DNA of 64,000 bases from a virus. Positions 21,852 to 34,600 of this stretch are shown piece after piece. The position numbers were made by a program, and so were the translations under genes. The notes beneath the pieces are model-generated. The model ran no database searches and was not told the origin of the DNA. It worked only from the letters and a program-made list of their open reading frames with translations. The DNA is taken from positions 18,460 to 82,459 of IMG/VR virus record IMGVR_UViG_3300021963_000084; one strand, 5' to 3'. Numbering within the stretch: position 1 is the stretch's first letter; each line of letters starts with the position of its first letter.

Positions 21852-23033
21852 ATGAGTAAGAAAAAATTATTGTGGATTGGTGACTGTGTTATTCCGAGTG
21901 GATTTGGCAGAGTATCAGAATCCATTCTGACTAGAATTCATTCAAAATATGATACCACAGTAATGGGTATCAATTATTTTGGTCAAAAACACGAGTTTCC
22001 ATTTAAAATTTTCGCCGCTAGTACTAAAGGTGGTGCATCAGATCCTTATGGATTCAATTATGTTGAAGAACTTTATAATGCTATTAAACCAGATATCATT
22101 GTAGCATTCAATGATGTTTGGATTATTAATATGTATTGGCAAAAACTTAAGGCATATAAAGAATCTGATGAATTTAAGTGGATTAATTATTTCCCTGTAG
22201 ATGGGGGCGGTTGGTTTGAACCAGTCGTAAAATGGATGGAGGAAACAGATCTTTCTGTTACATACACTAATTATGCAAAAAACGTAATTCTTGAAGCTGG
22301 TTATGAAGGTAAAATTGAAACCTTAGAGCACGGTGTTGACACGCAAACTTTTTTTCCTATGGACAAAAAGCAATGCCGAGGTATTATTGGCAAAATGCAA
22401 GATGATGATTTCATTGTATTCAATGGCAATCGTAATCAACCACGCAAAAGAATTGATTTAACTATTATGGCATTTGCCAGGTTTGCGGTTGACAAACCAG
22501 ATGCTAAATTATACCTACATATGGGTGTTAAGGATTGTGGATGGGACATTGTACCTCTTTTCAATACTGAAATGAAGAAGAATGGTCTAGACCCACAAGG
22601 AAGACTATATCTTTCTGGTTTGGAAATGACTCCTGAAAAAAATGCAATCACTCCAGAAGTTCTCAACATCATCTATAATTCAGTTGATGTTGGAGTAAAT
22701 ACTTCTGAAGGAGAAGGTTGGGGTCTTGTTCCTTTTGAGCACGCTGCAACTGGTTGTCCTCAAGTAGTTCCTAACTATGCTGCAAGTGCTGAATTGTTTA
22801 AGAATGCTGGTAGTTTAGTTGATATTGCTTTTATGGGTAAAGATGTTAACTACGGAATTGATAGAGCATATGTATCAGTAGAAGGAATAGTGGAAGAACT
22901 TAATAAACTTTATAATGACAAAAAACATTATGAATCTTGTTCCAAAAAATGTATGGCTCTAACTCAGAGACCAGAATATAAGTGGGACAATATCGCTAAA
23001 AAAATGAACAAGTACATCTCATCGGTAATTTAA
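21852..23033 (+). CDS. GT-B fold glycosyltransferase, family GT4 (Glycos_transf_1)
   Basis: N-terminal SGFGRV, NRNQPRKRID, and the EX7E motif EGWGLVPFE in DVGVNTSEGEGWGLVPFEHAATGCPQV. Confidence 0.9.
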   Translation: MSKKKLLWIGDCVIPSGFGRVSESILTRIHSKYDTTVMGINYFGQKHEFPFKIFAASTKGGASDPYGFNYVEELYNAIKPDIIVAFNDVWIINMYWQKLKAYKESDEFKWINYFPVDGGGWFEPVVKWMEETDLSVTYTNYAKNVILEAGYEGKIETLEHGVDTQTFFPMDKKQCRGIIGKMQDDDFIVFNGNRNQPRKRIDLTIMAFARFAVDKPDAKLYLHMGVKDCGWDIVPLFNTEMKKNGLDPQGRLYLSGLEMTPEKNAITPEVLNIIYNSVDVGVNTSEGEGWGLVPFEHAATGCPQVVPNYAASAELFKNAGSLVDIAFMGKDVNYGIDRAYVSVEGIVEELNKLYNDKKHYESCSKKCMALTQRPEYKWDNIAKKMNKYISSVI

Positions 23034-23037
23034 AACT

Positions 23038-23220
23038 ATGGAACGCACAGAACTTAAAGAAAATTTCACCAATCAGTTTAATACTGTAATCGATGAAATC
23101 AAAAATCTTGAAGCACAATTAACTGCTAAACGAGAAATGGCACTTAAACTTAAAGGCGCTATCGAAGCACTATCACTTTTAGAAACTGAAAATACTGAAG
23201 AAGAACCTTCAGAAGAATGA
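23038..23220 (+). CDS. Small coiled-coil hypothetical protein with acidic tail
   Basis: 60-aa heptad-rich ORF ending LKGAIEALSLL..EEEPSEE, packed tightly behind the glycosyltransferase. Confidence 0.7.
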   Translation: MERTELKENFTNQFNTVIDEIKNLEAQLTAKREMALKLKGAIEALSLLETENTEEEPSEE

Positions 23221-23229
23221 TAAATACAG

Positions 23230-23261
23230 ACCTTCCTTATAAATAACAAGGAAGGTTTTTT
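23230..23261 (+). terminator. Rho-independent terminator with a late promoter in its loop
   Basis: Stem ACCTTCCTT / AAGGAAGGT followed by a T-run. Confidence 0.8.
23238..23245 (+). promoter_or_regulatory. Late promoter TATAAATA
   Basis: Exact consensus about 20 nt upstream of the 23268 ATG. Confidence 0.85.
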
Positions 23262-23267
23262 CATTAT

Positions 23268-23600
23268 ATGTCCGCAATTACAATTAATGTAGTAATAGAG
23301 CAGGGGTCTGATTTTGCAGCGACCTTTACCATTAAGAATGCGGATGGTTCTTACTTGAATCTGACTGGATTCACAGCAGAAAGTAAGATGAAAAAAAGTT
23401 ACTACACTAGTAGTTCTGTGGCATTAAATGTTACTTTTACTGATAGAAGTAGAGGAATGATTACATTATCATTACCCGCTGCAACTACAACTACATTGAC
23501 ACCAAAAAGATACGTTTATGATATTATCTTAACTTCACCAATTGGAGTTAAAACTAGAGTTGTTGAAGGAATTGCTACAGTAACTCCAGGAGTAACATAG
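23268..23600 (+). CDS. Small beta-sandwich virion adaptor (LtfC/p132- or BppU-like)
   Basis: IEQGSDF..TF......LNLTG.T......G.ITLSL..TT..L...RYVYDI.......RVVEG...VTPGVT pattern. Confidence 0.65.
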   Translation: MSAITINVVIEQGSDFAATFTIKNADGSYLNLTGFTAESKMKKSYYTSSSVALNVTFTDRSRGMITLSLPAATTTTLTPKRYVYDIILTSPIGVKTRVVEGIATVTPGVT

Positions 23601-24301
23601 TGTCCGACTTTCAGGTAACGTTAAACACTAATAATTATACTGTAGTTCCACAGGAACCAGATGAATATCGTGTTGGTGTAGATTATGCACCAGATAATAA
23701 ATCTATTCAATATCAAAATTTAATTATTGATAATTTGTCAGGGCAATTTGATTGTGTCCGCAGAACTTTTGATATTAGAGTAGGTGGGGTTTTGTATAAT
23801 GCACTTAACGATCAACAACTTATCATATCACTAAATAATGTTATATTGCAGCCTGGTGTAGGTTATACTGTATCAGGTAATCAGATTACTTTTGCGACTG
23901 CTCCTTGTAATGTTCCCTTTTTTGGTATCGCTTTAGCAAACACCGCTGATTTGACAAGAACCATAAATTATGTTGTTGATTATGGGTCTAGTCCCATTAA
24001 TGTTGGCGATAAAGGGTCTCTTGCAATTGATGTCACTGGTGTGATAGAATCTTGGGTATTGGTTGCTGATCAAATTGGTAGTTTGGTTTTGGACATTAGA
24101 AAAGCATCATATGCTGATTATCCAAATGTCACTACAATATGTGGAGGGACTAGACCCTCATTAGTAAACCAAAACAAAAACACCAGCAGCAATTTAGGTA
24201 CTTGGAATAAAGTTCTTAATGCTGGTGATATCTTAAATTATAATGTTATCTCAGTGACTGGAATCAACAGGTTCTCAATCGCACTGAAAGTAAAATTATA
24301 A
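23600..24301 (+). CDS. Two-domain virion structural protein, 233 aa (GTG start)
   Basis: N-half DNLSGQFD...LIISLNNVILQPGVGYTVSGNQITFATAP resembles modules in the C-half of gp7; beta-rich C-domain. Confidence 0.7.
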   Translation: MSDFQVTLNTNNYTVVPQEPDEYRVGVDYAPDNKSIQYQNLIIDNLSGQFDCVRRTFDIRVGGVLYNALNDQQLIISLNNVILQPGVGYTVSGNQITFATAPCNVPFFGIALANTADLTRTINYVVDYGSSPINVGDKGSLAIDVTGVIESWVLVADQIGSLVLDIRKASYADYPNVTTICGGTRPSLVNQNKNTSSNLGTWNKVLNAGDILNYNVISVTGINRFSIALKVKL

Positions 24302-24304
24302 ATA
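24297..24304 (+). promoter_or_regulatory. Late promoter TATAAATA
   Basis: Exact consensus overlapping the upstream stop; strong GGAGG SD before 24354. Confidence 0.85.
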
Positions 24305-24353
24305 TATTTGAATTCAATACGAAAGTCAATTTTTTCCTCGGAGGAACTTTTAA

Positions 24354-25535
24354 ATGGCTCTTTTAGTCCCAAATATTGGTGAAGTAGATTCGCTTCGCAC
24401 TTTGCTGAATGCGACTCATCAGATTCCAAGAAACTTGGTTCTGAAACTCTTCACTTCTAATACGACTCCAGCTGAAGGTGATGTTCCTTCGGCAACCGCT
24501 TACTTTGAACCATATAATGATTCAAATACTAACGGATATGGTTCGGCACCTACCACAGGATATCCTGCTCTTGTAGATAACCGTGGAGACCAATCATATA
24601 CTGCTAATTACGGTATTCTTCTAAATGGTAATCGTTGGCAGATTTCAACCGCTGGTGATCCAGTAGCATCTTCAACTAACTCAACAGGAACTGCTGGCGA
24701 ATATACCATCACTGTAACTGGTCTTACTGGAACAATTAGTGTAGGTAACCTTGTATCTGGTACTGGTATTGCTTCTGGTGCTAAAGTTTCCAGAGTTTCT
24801 GGTAGCACAGTCATTCTGACAATTGCAAATACAGGTACTGTTTCTGGTGCAATCTCATTCACTGGTGGCGTTACTACTGCTACTTATCCTGAGCAGGTAT
24901 TCACATTTACTTCTGCTGCTGGTAACGTTTATGGTTACTATCTGTCCAGAGCACAGAATATGCCTGTAACTCTGCAGGGTGTTGCAAACGCTGCAACTGC
25001 TGCTGCTGGCACAACTCTGAACAAAGGTGATAACAGCAATCCTTGTATTGGTGTCGTTGGAAACAACTTCATTACACTGCCTAACACTGCAGGTATTATG
25101 GATGATATCACCACTGGTATGGTTGTTGGTGGAAACAATGCTGTTGCTTCTGGAACCACAATCAATGGTATCGACCTTGCTCTCAGAAGAATCTATCTGT
25201 CTTCTAACCTGACCGATAACATTCAGGTTGCTACTGACTCAAGCATTACTCTTGATTTCACTCAGATTTCTACTGGTGGTATCAACCACGGTCTGCAAGT
25301 CGGTGATGTTATCTATGTTGCTCGTGGTACAGGTAATACGACAACCACAGCTGGTCATTACACAATCTTCAGTAAGACAAATACAACATTCCAGACAACT
25401 CCTGCTCTGAATGGAACTGGTTCAGCAACGCTGTATCCAAGCATCCTGTTCGCTGAAAGATTCACAAATGGTCCATACCCAATTCAAAACAACGGCGACC
25501 AAATCAAGATTACCCTGAATGTAAGCCTTGACTGA
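24354..25535 (+). CDS. Virion structural protein, 393 aa; candidate abundant fibre subunit
   Basis: Core MALLVPNIGE..L...LKLFTSN..P...TATYPEQVFTF...NVYGYY...LFAERF..GPY.IQNNGDQIKIT with inserted beta modules. Has its own late promoter, strong SD and a downstream terminator. Confidence 0.75.
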   Translation: MALLVPNIGEVDSLRTLLNATHQIPRNLVLKLFTSNTTPAEGDVPSATAYFEPYNDSNTNGYGSAPTTGYPALVDNRGDQSYTANYGILLNGNRWQISTAGDPVASSTNSTGTAGEYTITVTGLTGTISVGNLVSGTGIASGAKVSRVSGSTVILTIANTGTVSGAISFTGGVTTATYPEQVFTFTSAAGNVYGYYLSRAQNMPVTLQGVANAATAAAGTTLNKGDNSNPCIGVVGNNFITLPNTAGIMDDITTGMVVGGNNAVASGTTINGIDLALRRIYLSSNLTDNIQVATDSSITLDFTQISTGGINHGLQVGDVIYVARGTGNTTTTAGHYTIFSKTNTTFQTTPALNGTGSATLYPSILFAERFTNGPYPIQNNGDQIKITLNVSLD

Positions 25536-25568
25536 TTTTTAAAAATCACTCTTATATTATTAAGTTTG

Positions 25569-25594
25569 GGGGATTACTACGGTAATCCCCTTTT
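25569..25594 (+). terminator. Rho-independent terminator with cUACGg tetraloop
   Basis: GGGGATTAC-TACG-GTAATCCCC-TTTT. Confidence 0.85.
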
Positions 25595-25609
25595 AATTAG
25601 AGAACGTAG

Positions 25610-28600
25610 ATGACAGCATATACCTACAATGCCACATCAAATGAAGGTATGGGCGTTTCGTCCAGTGGGTCGGCTGCGCCTACAATTGTTTACAGTTATA
25701 CAACAGCAACAGAAGATTTAGTTGTTTACAATGATTATTTAAGTGTTTCTCAAGTACATAATGTATCCATAGACTTTGGTAGCATAGTAAGTCCTGGAGA
25801 TGTTGCGTTCGATTATAAGTATATTACACCAGATTTCAATGATCAAAATAAAGTTAAGACATATGGAGGAAGTTCAAATGTCTTAGCAACAAAGGTATTT
25901 AATGGAGAAGGATTAATTAAAGTCGGTGAATATGTACCTCCAGTATTTATTTGGATTGGTTCAGGTACACTCTTTGAAATGGGTGGAGACATTACAAGAA
26001 TGGTGGCACCAGGAATTACTGGTCCACCTATTGTATCGAGCACAACCAGAATTTATACTGGATCTGGTAGTGTAGAATATAATATTAACAGTAGTAAGTC
26101 AAGAAATTATACTTACGACTTTGGTGTATCATTCGATGATACATCATTCATTACAAGAAATTACGGACTGCTGGAGTCACCACACTCTACGGCATTTGAT
26201 TATGGTTCCATTGATAGCTTCAGTAGTTTAGCATACGAAGATTACAGATATATTGATTATATTCCAGTATTTGGAAAACTTTCTATTCAAGGTTTTGCAA
26301 ATCCTCTAAGTAAAGTCTTTACTGAAACTTCATCAGGAACTCTGTTTGAAGTTGGTTCTGTAACAGAATCTATTCTTTATCAAGAACAATCAGATACTAA
26401 TACATCTCTCTTCAGAGTATTTGGTTCTGCAACAATTGATAAAAACCTTCTACCAACTATTAGGTCATATACTGGATTTGCTAATCTATTCAACATTGGC
26501 ACTAAAACTGAATCAGCAACTTACAATTATAATTCTTCTTCAATTGTTGGTTATGCAGAAATTGATTATCAATCAATTACTACTTCTGGAACAACCTCAA
26601 ATTATGGTTCAATAATTGATGAGGTTTCTAATCAATATGATTATGGTTCAATTGTTAATGTTGGTATTGCGAAACCTTACGGTTCTGCTTTTGTAACTGG
26701 TTTCATTGTTAATAAAAACACCAAAACGTTTGTCGGTTCTGGTGATATTTCAAATATCAATGGTTCTGCACAGGCAGTCTCTTATAATACACCAGAAGAA
26801 ACTCTTCTCTTCAATATTTCTGGTGGTTACTCCTCAGCATATCTTGTAAAAACTTATATTGCATCTGGGGATGTTAAAACTGTCATCTCTTCAGAAAATC
26901 GCAATACTTACAATTACGATATTAATGCAGTATCACTTTATAATTCTCAAGACTTTGGTGCAATTACTGCTTCAGGTACAACTGCAAATTATGGCAGTGT
27001 AGCAGTTGGTAGTTCTGCAGAGAAAAATTATGGTTATGTAATTGACAATGACTTTGTATACCCATTTGGTACTCTTACACTATCAGGAAACTTCTCACCG
27101 AAACTCAGAAATTCTTTCTTCGGTTCTGGTGGAGCATCTGTTTATGGAGATGCAACTGTTGTATTCGCAGAACCAACACCTCAAGTTTACAAAGATACCG
27201 AAACAGCTCTCTTCAATGTTTTTGGTGCAGCAACAACAGTATTCCAGAGAGGAGCAATATATTCTGGTTCTGGTTCACTATTCAACATTGGTGGTTCTAC
27301 TTCATCAAGAACCTGGAGTTACACGTTTGGTTCTATTGTAGAATTTGAAAGTGAAAATTATGGATTTATTACTGCGTCTGGAACTACTGTAAATTATGGT
27401 CTGGTTTCTGTTGATAGTGATGCTGAATCTGATTATGGTTATGTATTCAATCGCCAGACTGAATACCCATACAGAGGTCTTACAACCCTCCAAGGTCAAT
27501 CCACCACGATATTCAATCTTGGACCTTCAGTTATTGGTTCAGGTAGTCTGTTTGCAATCAATGGTGCTGCAGATACATCAGCATTTGTAGGTAACGTATT
27601 CGATAGCACAGACCTCTTTAGAGTCACTGGAGATGCTATTGCACTTCGTAGTCCTAAGTATGATGCTTCTGGAGCATACAAAGCACTCTCTGGTTCTACA
27701 AACACTACAACTTATAGCTATAACTTCTCTGCAACTCAAAGTTATACTGAAGGCGATTATGGTTCAATCACTGCCTCAGGAACAACTATTAATTATGGAC
27801 TTGTTTCCGAAGGAAGTTCTGTAGGGTTTGATTATGGTTATGTTATTGATAATAAGATTCTTAAATCACCATTTGGTTCCATCTTCATCAGTGGTGCATT
27901 TAGTAATCTTAAACTTACAGATGCTTATGCTGGTTCTGGAACAATTAATGTTTCTGGTAATGCAGCACTTGTATTTGTTGAACCATCACCACAGATTTAT
28001 GTTGACAAAGACCCAGTTCTCTTCTTCGTAACTGGTAATGCAAATGTAGAATTCTATCGCAGACCTTCCTTTATTGGAACTGGCAGAATTTCCACTCTTA
28101 ATGGTTCTGCATCATCCAGAGTATTTACATATAGTGAGCAGTCAATTAATCCATACAGCACTACAAATTATGGATTTATTACTGCATCTGGAACTACTGT
28201 TAATTATGGTCTGATTATCAATAGCAGTGATTCCGAATTCACTTATGGATTTGTTGTTGAAAGAGGCATTCAGTATCCATACGGAACTCTTCAATTATCT
28301 TCAGAATCAACATCTGCAAAAACAAAAACAGCAGTTGGTGAAGGTTCATTCTTTACCATCAAAGGTTCTGCTGAATCTACTACATTTGTCGATAAGTCTG
28401 TCGAATCTACAGAACTCTTTACTTTATCTGGTGCATCTACTAATAATGTTGCATTCAAAGAATTTGGTTCTGGTTCCATCAAAACTATTCTCGGAACATC
28501 AGATTCTGCAACATATCACTATAACACATCTTCAGTTAATCTGTTTAATACAACAGACTTTGGTTCTATTACTGCATCTGGAACTACTGTTAATTATGGA

Positions 28601-31600
28601 TTAATTTCTGTTGGTAGTGATGCTGAATCTGATTATGGATATGTATTTGATACTATTTCAATTTATCCATTCGGTCCTCTGAATGTTCGTGGTAATGCAA
28701 CTACCGACCTCGATACAGCTCCATCATATGTTGGTTCTGGTTCTCTGTTTATTCTTAGAGGTTCTGCTGATACTTTAGTTCCAGCAATTAAAACTGATAC
28801 CGAGACTTCACTCTTTACAATTTATGGTGATGCTGCAGTTGTATCAAGAACTGCTTATGTTGGTTCTGGTTCAGTGCTTAATATTGGAATTGGTGGAGAA
28901 AGTGCATCATACAACTATAATCAGTCTTCAACATACGCTGATGGATTTGCACAAACTTACACAACCGAAGATTTTGGTCTTATTACTGCATCTGGAATTA
29001 CAGAAAATTATGGAAGCATTACTGTAGGAAGTTCTGCGGAACTTGATTATGGAACTCTTGTAATTGGTAGTGTTGTTGTTCCTTATGGAAACTTAACCAT
29101 CAGTGGTGGAATCAGCAACTTCAAGAGAGCATTTGGATTCTCTGGTTCTGGTTCTATCAATTCTTCTGGTGCTGCAGGAGTTGTATTTGCAGAACCAACT
29201 CCACAAGTTTATGTTGATAAAGAAATTGCTCTATTTAGAGTATATGGTGATGCGACAACTGCACTTAATAGAAGACCAATTTATGTTGGTTCTGGTTCAC
29301 TCTTTAGTATCAGTGAATCTATATCTTCAGTTACTTATAATTATTCCTTCACTTCAATTGAAGAATTTAATACTCTTAATCTCGGAACAATTACAACTTC
29401 TGGAACCACTACAAATTACGGTTCCATAACGACTGGTTCTACTGGTGATATTGATTATGGTTATGTAATTATTAGAGAAACTGAATTCCCATACAGAGGA
29501 AGAGTTGACATTTCTGGTTCTGCTACTGTTCAGTTCAATAGAATTCCATCTTATGAGGGAAGTGGAACTCTATTTGAAACAGGTGGTAGTGCTCTTATCT
29601 TCAGTTTGTTTGGCAAGAAAGTTCTTGAAAGTACAGACCTTTATAATGTTTATGGTAATGCTAAAACTCATTTCGTTCCATCATACAATACTTCAGGTTC
29701 ATTTGCAACTATCAACGCTCCGCAAGATAGTGCATCTTACTCATATAATACCTCATCAATTCTTGGTTATGGAACTCTTAATCTCGGAACAATTACAACT
29801 TCTGGAACAACTGCGAATTATGGTTCTGTAACACAAGGAAGTTCTGCTGAATTTGATTATGGTTACCTAATTGATACTGATGTTGTATATCCATTTGGAA
29901 CTCTCAATGTTTATGGTTCTTCACCAAGTATCAGAATTCTTGGTGTTTCCATTCCTGCAACAGGTTCACTGTTTGCAATTGGAGGCGAAGCAGATTCTAG
30001 AGCAATTACTGTCGAAACAGATACTGAAACAACGAATCTGTTCAATGTATATGGCGAAGCAAATGTTCAGGTTGCCAGTGCATACGATCAATTCTCATCT
30101 ATTTCTTTTGGTTCTTTCTTTGGAACTGGATATATCGAAGAAAGAGCAACCTATCATTACAATACCAGTTCTAAGAATCTTTTCAGTCAATTTGATTATC
30201 AGTCAGTATCTACTTCACCTTCAATTACTGCTGATTATGGTCTCATCATCAATGAAACTAATAGTGAATTAAATTATGGATACATTAATCAAAACCAATC
30301 ACTTTATGCTTTCGGTCCATTTACTATTGGCGGAAGTGTAACAAGTTCGTTCTTACCGACTCTGAACTTTAAAGGTTCTGGAAGAATTGATATTTATGGT
30401 GCTTGCGATCTTGTTGTTATTCTCACTGCTAAGAAAGAACCAGAAAGCACTGACCTCTATGAAGTCAGTGGTTCCGCAAACGTTGCTGTCATCAAACCAG
30501 TACCACAAGAAAAAGGATATATTACTTTACTTTCTGGTGCTGCAGAATCTGTTACTTATATTTACAACGAAACTGTTGTTAATGAATTCAGTGGTATTGA
30601 CTATGGAACAATTACAGCATCTGGAACGACAATTGATTATGGTTCAGTAACAATTCCAAGTAGTAGTGGTATAGATTATGGTTCAGTCGTATTTACCACA
30701 ACAACATATCCCTACGGTTCATTCTCGTATAGTGGTTCTGCAGCAGCAGTATTTAATCTTGGACCAATTTACATTGGATCTGGTTCACTGCTTGCAACTG
30801 GTGGTGCTGCAGAAACTGTATTGTTTGCCGCAGAAACAACAGATCTATTTAAGGTATCTGGTTCTGCAAATGCTCCGTTCATTAAGTCTTATGTTGGCGA
30901 TGGTTCTCTCTTCAACATCGGTGAAAAGATTGAAGCAGCGACCTTCGCATATAATACTTATTCAGTATCAGAATTTGTTTCCCAAGATTATCAGTCAGTA
31001 TCTTCTGTTGCAGGAATCGCAAATAATTATGATTCTATTGATGACGAACCTGCACTTGCACTCAGTTATGGATTAATTACTGATGTTACCACACTGTATC
31101 CATTCGGAACATTTAATGTTTCTGGATCTGCTGCTGTTGTTGCATATCAAGTATACACACAAATTGGTACTGGTTCACTGTTTGCAACTGGTGGATCTGC
31201 AGAAACCAGACTCTTTGCAGAAGTTTCTACAGACCTCTTCAAGGTATCTGGTTCTGCAAATGCTCCATTCAGCAGACCTTATACTGGAACTGGTTCACTG
31301 TTCAAGATTGGAGATAAGATTGAGGCAGTAACTTATAGTTACAATGGTTCTTCTGAAATTCCATTCAATAATTTTGATTATGGTTTAGTTACTGCGTTTG
31401 GAATTACTGAAAATTATGGTTCTATTACAAATAACAGTGCCGTTGCAGAAGATTATGGTTCAATCACTCTGATTGACCCAATCAAACCTTATGGTGCAAT
31501 CAGATTCAATGGTTCATCTGGGGTTGTATTTGCACCAACACCTTATCAAGGTTCAGGTACACTTTTTGCTGCTGGTGGAGAAGCAGATGCAAAAGTTATT

Positions 31601-34600
31601 ATTGCATCTACAGAAACTCAACTCTTTACAATCAGTGGTGCTGCATCCAATGTTCAGAGAGGATTTGGTTACTTTGCTACTGGTTCACTCTTCAATATTG
31701 GTTCACTGGAAGAAAAAGTTGCTTATAGTTACAACACTTCTTCAAGTACTAAATTTGAAAATCTTGATTATCAATTTATTGATAATTCACCTACAATTAC
31801 AGATGATTATGGCTATATCAATAATGCTGCGGGAGATATTGACGATTACGGCAATATAGGTATTACTTCACAGCAAACACCATTTGGTATTCTTAATCTT
31901 AGTGGTGGTTCTGCCGAAGTATTCAAACCAATTCTTGCTTGGAATGGTTCAGGTAATATTAATATTAGGGGTGAAGTTCTCGTTGGATTTACTCTTAGTG
32001 GTAAGTTTAGTCCTGAAAGCACTGACCTCTTTACAATCTTTGGTACTGCTGAATCTTCTAGACCATTCGTTGCAGTAACTGGTGGTTCACTCTTTACTGT
32101 TGGAGATAGAGTAGAAAGAGCATCTTACAGCTATAATACTTCTTCAATCGTTGCATATGACACCAGAGATTATCAGTTTATCACTGCCTCTGGAATTACA
32201 ATTGATTATGGAAATATTCTTGGTACTCAAACGAATATTGAAAATTATGGTTATATTGTAAATCTTGAGTACGCTTATCCATTTGGTAAGTTCAGAATTC
32301 TTGGCGGTGAAGATGAAAGCATTATTCGCAGAAGAGCATTTGCTGGTTCTGGTTCTCTGTTTGCTATTGGAGGAGAAGGTGATGCTTACAGTAGAATTGC
32401 TGTTACTGAAACTCAACTTTTCAATATTTCTGGTTCTGCTATCGAGAAGAATACCGAAAGATATATTGGAACTGGTTCACTCTTCTCATACAATGGTCTT
32501 GTAGAATCTGTTGCTGTAAGTCCAGACGAAGAAACCACTGGTCTCTTCAGAATTTCTGGTGCTGCAATCGAGAAGAACACAGAAAGATATATTGGTTCTG
32601 GCGATGCTATTACAATCCAAACTGCGATATTCCCAGAATATCTGTACTATCGTCCAGTTCCTCGTTATGTCAATTCTGTTTATGGACCTATTGGCGGAGA
32701 GTTTTCAATCTCTGGTGCTATTTCACAGAGAGCAACAAATTCTTATGTTGGAACTGGAAGCATTTTTGCTGGTGGAACAGCAGTAGAAGTATTCCAGAAA
32801 GCATATGTTGGTTCTGGTGTAGAATTTGTTTCTGGAACTTCCAAAGAAAGATTTATGCCAGTACATATTGGTACTGGTTCACTGTTCAGTATTGGAGGAA
32901 TTTCGGAGGCAACGACAAAAGTTGTTCCATCAGAGACTCAACTCTTCAAAGTTTCTGGTGCTGCTGTCGAAACTCACACCGAAGTATACATTGGAACAGG
33001 AACAGAATTTGTATCTGGCGATTCTACTACTTCCAAGTCCAACATTCATATTGGTTCTGGTTCACTGTTTACGTTCAACAGCGGCACGGAGTCTGTTGCG
33101 GTTGTTGCAACTACAACAATTCTTTACAATATCTCTGGTCAGGCAACAGAAGCATTTGGCAGAGCAACATACGAAGGTTCAGGAAGTCTGTTTACTCAAA
33201 ACGGAATTGCTGAATCCAGAACTTATATTGCTCCTACCGAAACTTGCCTCTTCAGAGTATCCAGTGCAACAACTGAAAGTGTTACTTCTGCAAATGTTGG
33301 TTCTGGAACAGAATTTGTTTCTGGAATTTCAATCAACAGCTTTATTCCTCGTTACTTTGGTTCTGGTTCGCTGTTTGCTGTTGGCGGAGAGGGCAATGCA
33401 TATGCAAGAATTGCTTCAACCGAAACCCAACTCTTCAATGTAACTGGTTCTGCAGAAGCAAGCAGAACAAATCTTTACGTTGGTTCTGGTTCGCTCTTTG
33501 CAATCAACAGCGGCACCGAATCTGCTGCAGTTGTACCATTAACAACTGGTCTCTACAATATCAATGGTCAAGCAACAGAATCAAGAACGCAAACGCAAAT
33601 TGGTTCTGGTTCTCTGTTCGCTGTTGGTGGTGCATCAGTTGTATTCAGCGATGTTGCAACAACCGAAACTCAACTCTTCAGAATTTCTGGTGCTGCAACA
33701 GAAGCACATACAGAATTCTACTCAGGTTCTGGTTCCGAGTTTATTTCTGGAACGGCAGCGGAAAGATATCTGCCTACTATTATTGGCACTGGTTCTCTGT
33801 TTGCATTCAACAGTGCAACAGAATCTTCAACTGTTTCTATTCCAACCGAAACTCAACTTTTCAGAGTTTCTGGTTCTGCAGATATCAGAGAATCCAATAC
33901 TTATGTTGCATTTGGAACGGAATTTATTTCTGGTTCACTTACAGAGAACAGCAGAAAATCTTATGTTGGTTCTGGTTCTCTGTTCACAATCAATAGTGCA
34001 ACCGAATCTACTTCTATTGCAGTTCAAGCAGAGACTCAACTCTTCAGAGTTTCTGGTTCCGCTCTGGAAAAAGATTCAGCATCCTATGTTGGTTCTGGTT
34101 CCGTTACTCTTGCAGCGGGCGCAGCAGAAATCAAAACTTCTGTTCCTACAATCGAAACTCAACTGTTCAGAGTTTCTGGTTTTGCAACCGAGAGACATAC
34201 AGAATCTTATGTTGGAACTGGAACAGAATTTGTTTATGGTGGAGTTCAGGATTCTTCTACTGCAATTTATGTTGGTACTGGAACACTCAGAACAGTTTCT
34301 GGTGCAGCAGAATCCACAACAATTTCGATTCCAAACGAAACTCAACTCTTCAGAGTTTCTGGATTTGCTACTACTGCATACAACGCAGTATTTACAAATA
34401 TTGGTTCTGGTCAAGAAACAATTTCTGGTTCTGCAACAGAAAAGAATGCAGAAAACTATGTTGGCAAAGGTTCACTCTTTACCTTCAATTCAGCATCAAT
34501 TGCCAGCACTATTATTATTCCAATTCAGACAAATCTCTTCAGAATTTCTGGTAGAGGTGCTGATAGTTACACCAGAATTTCTGTATTTGAAGGCGGTCAA

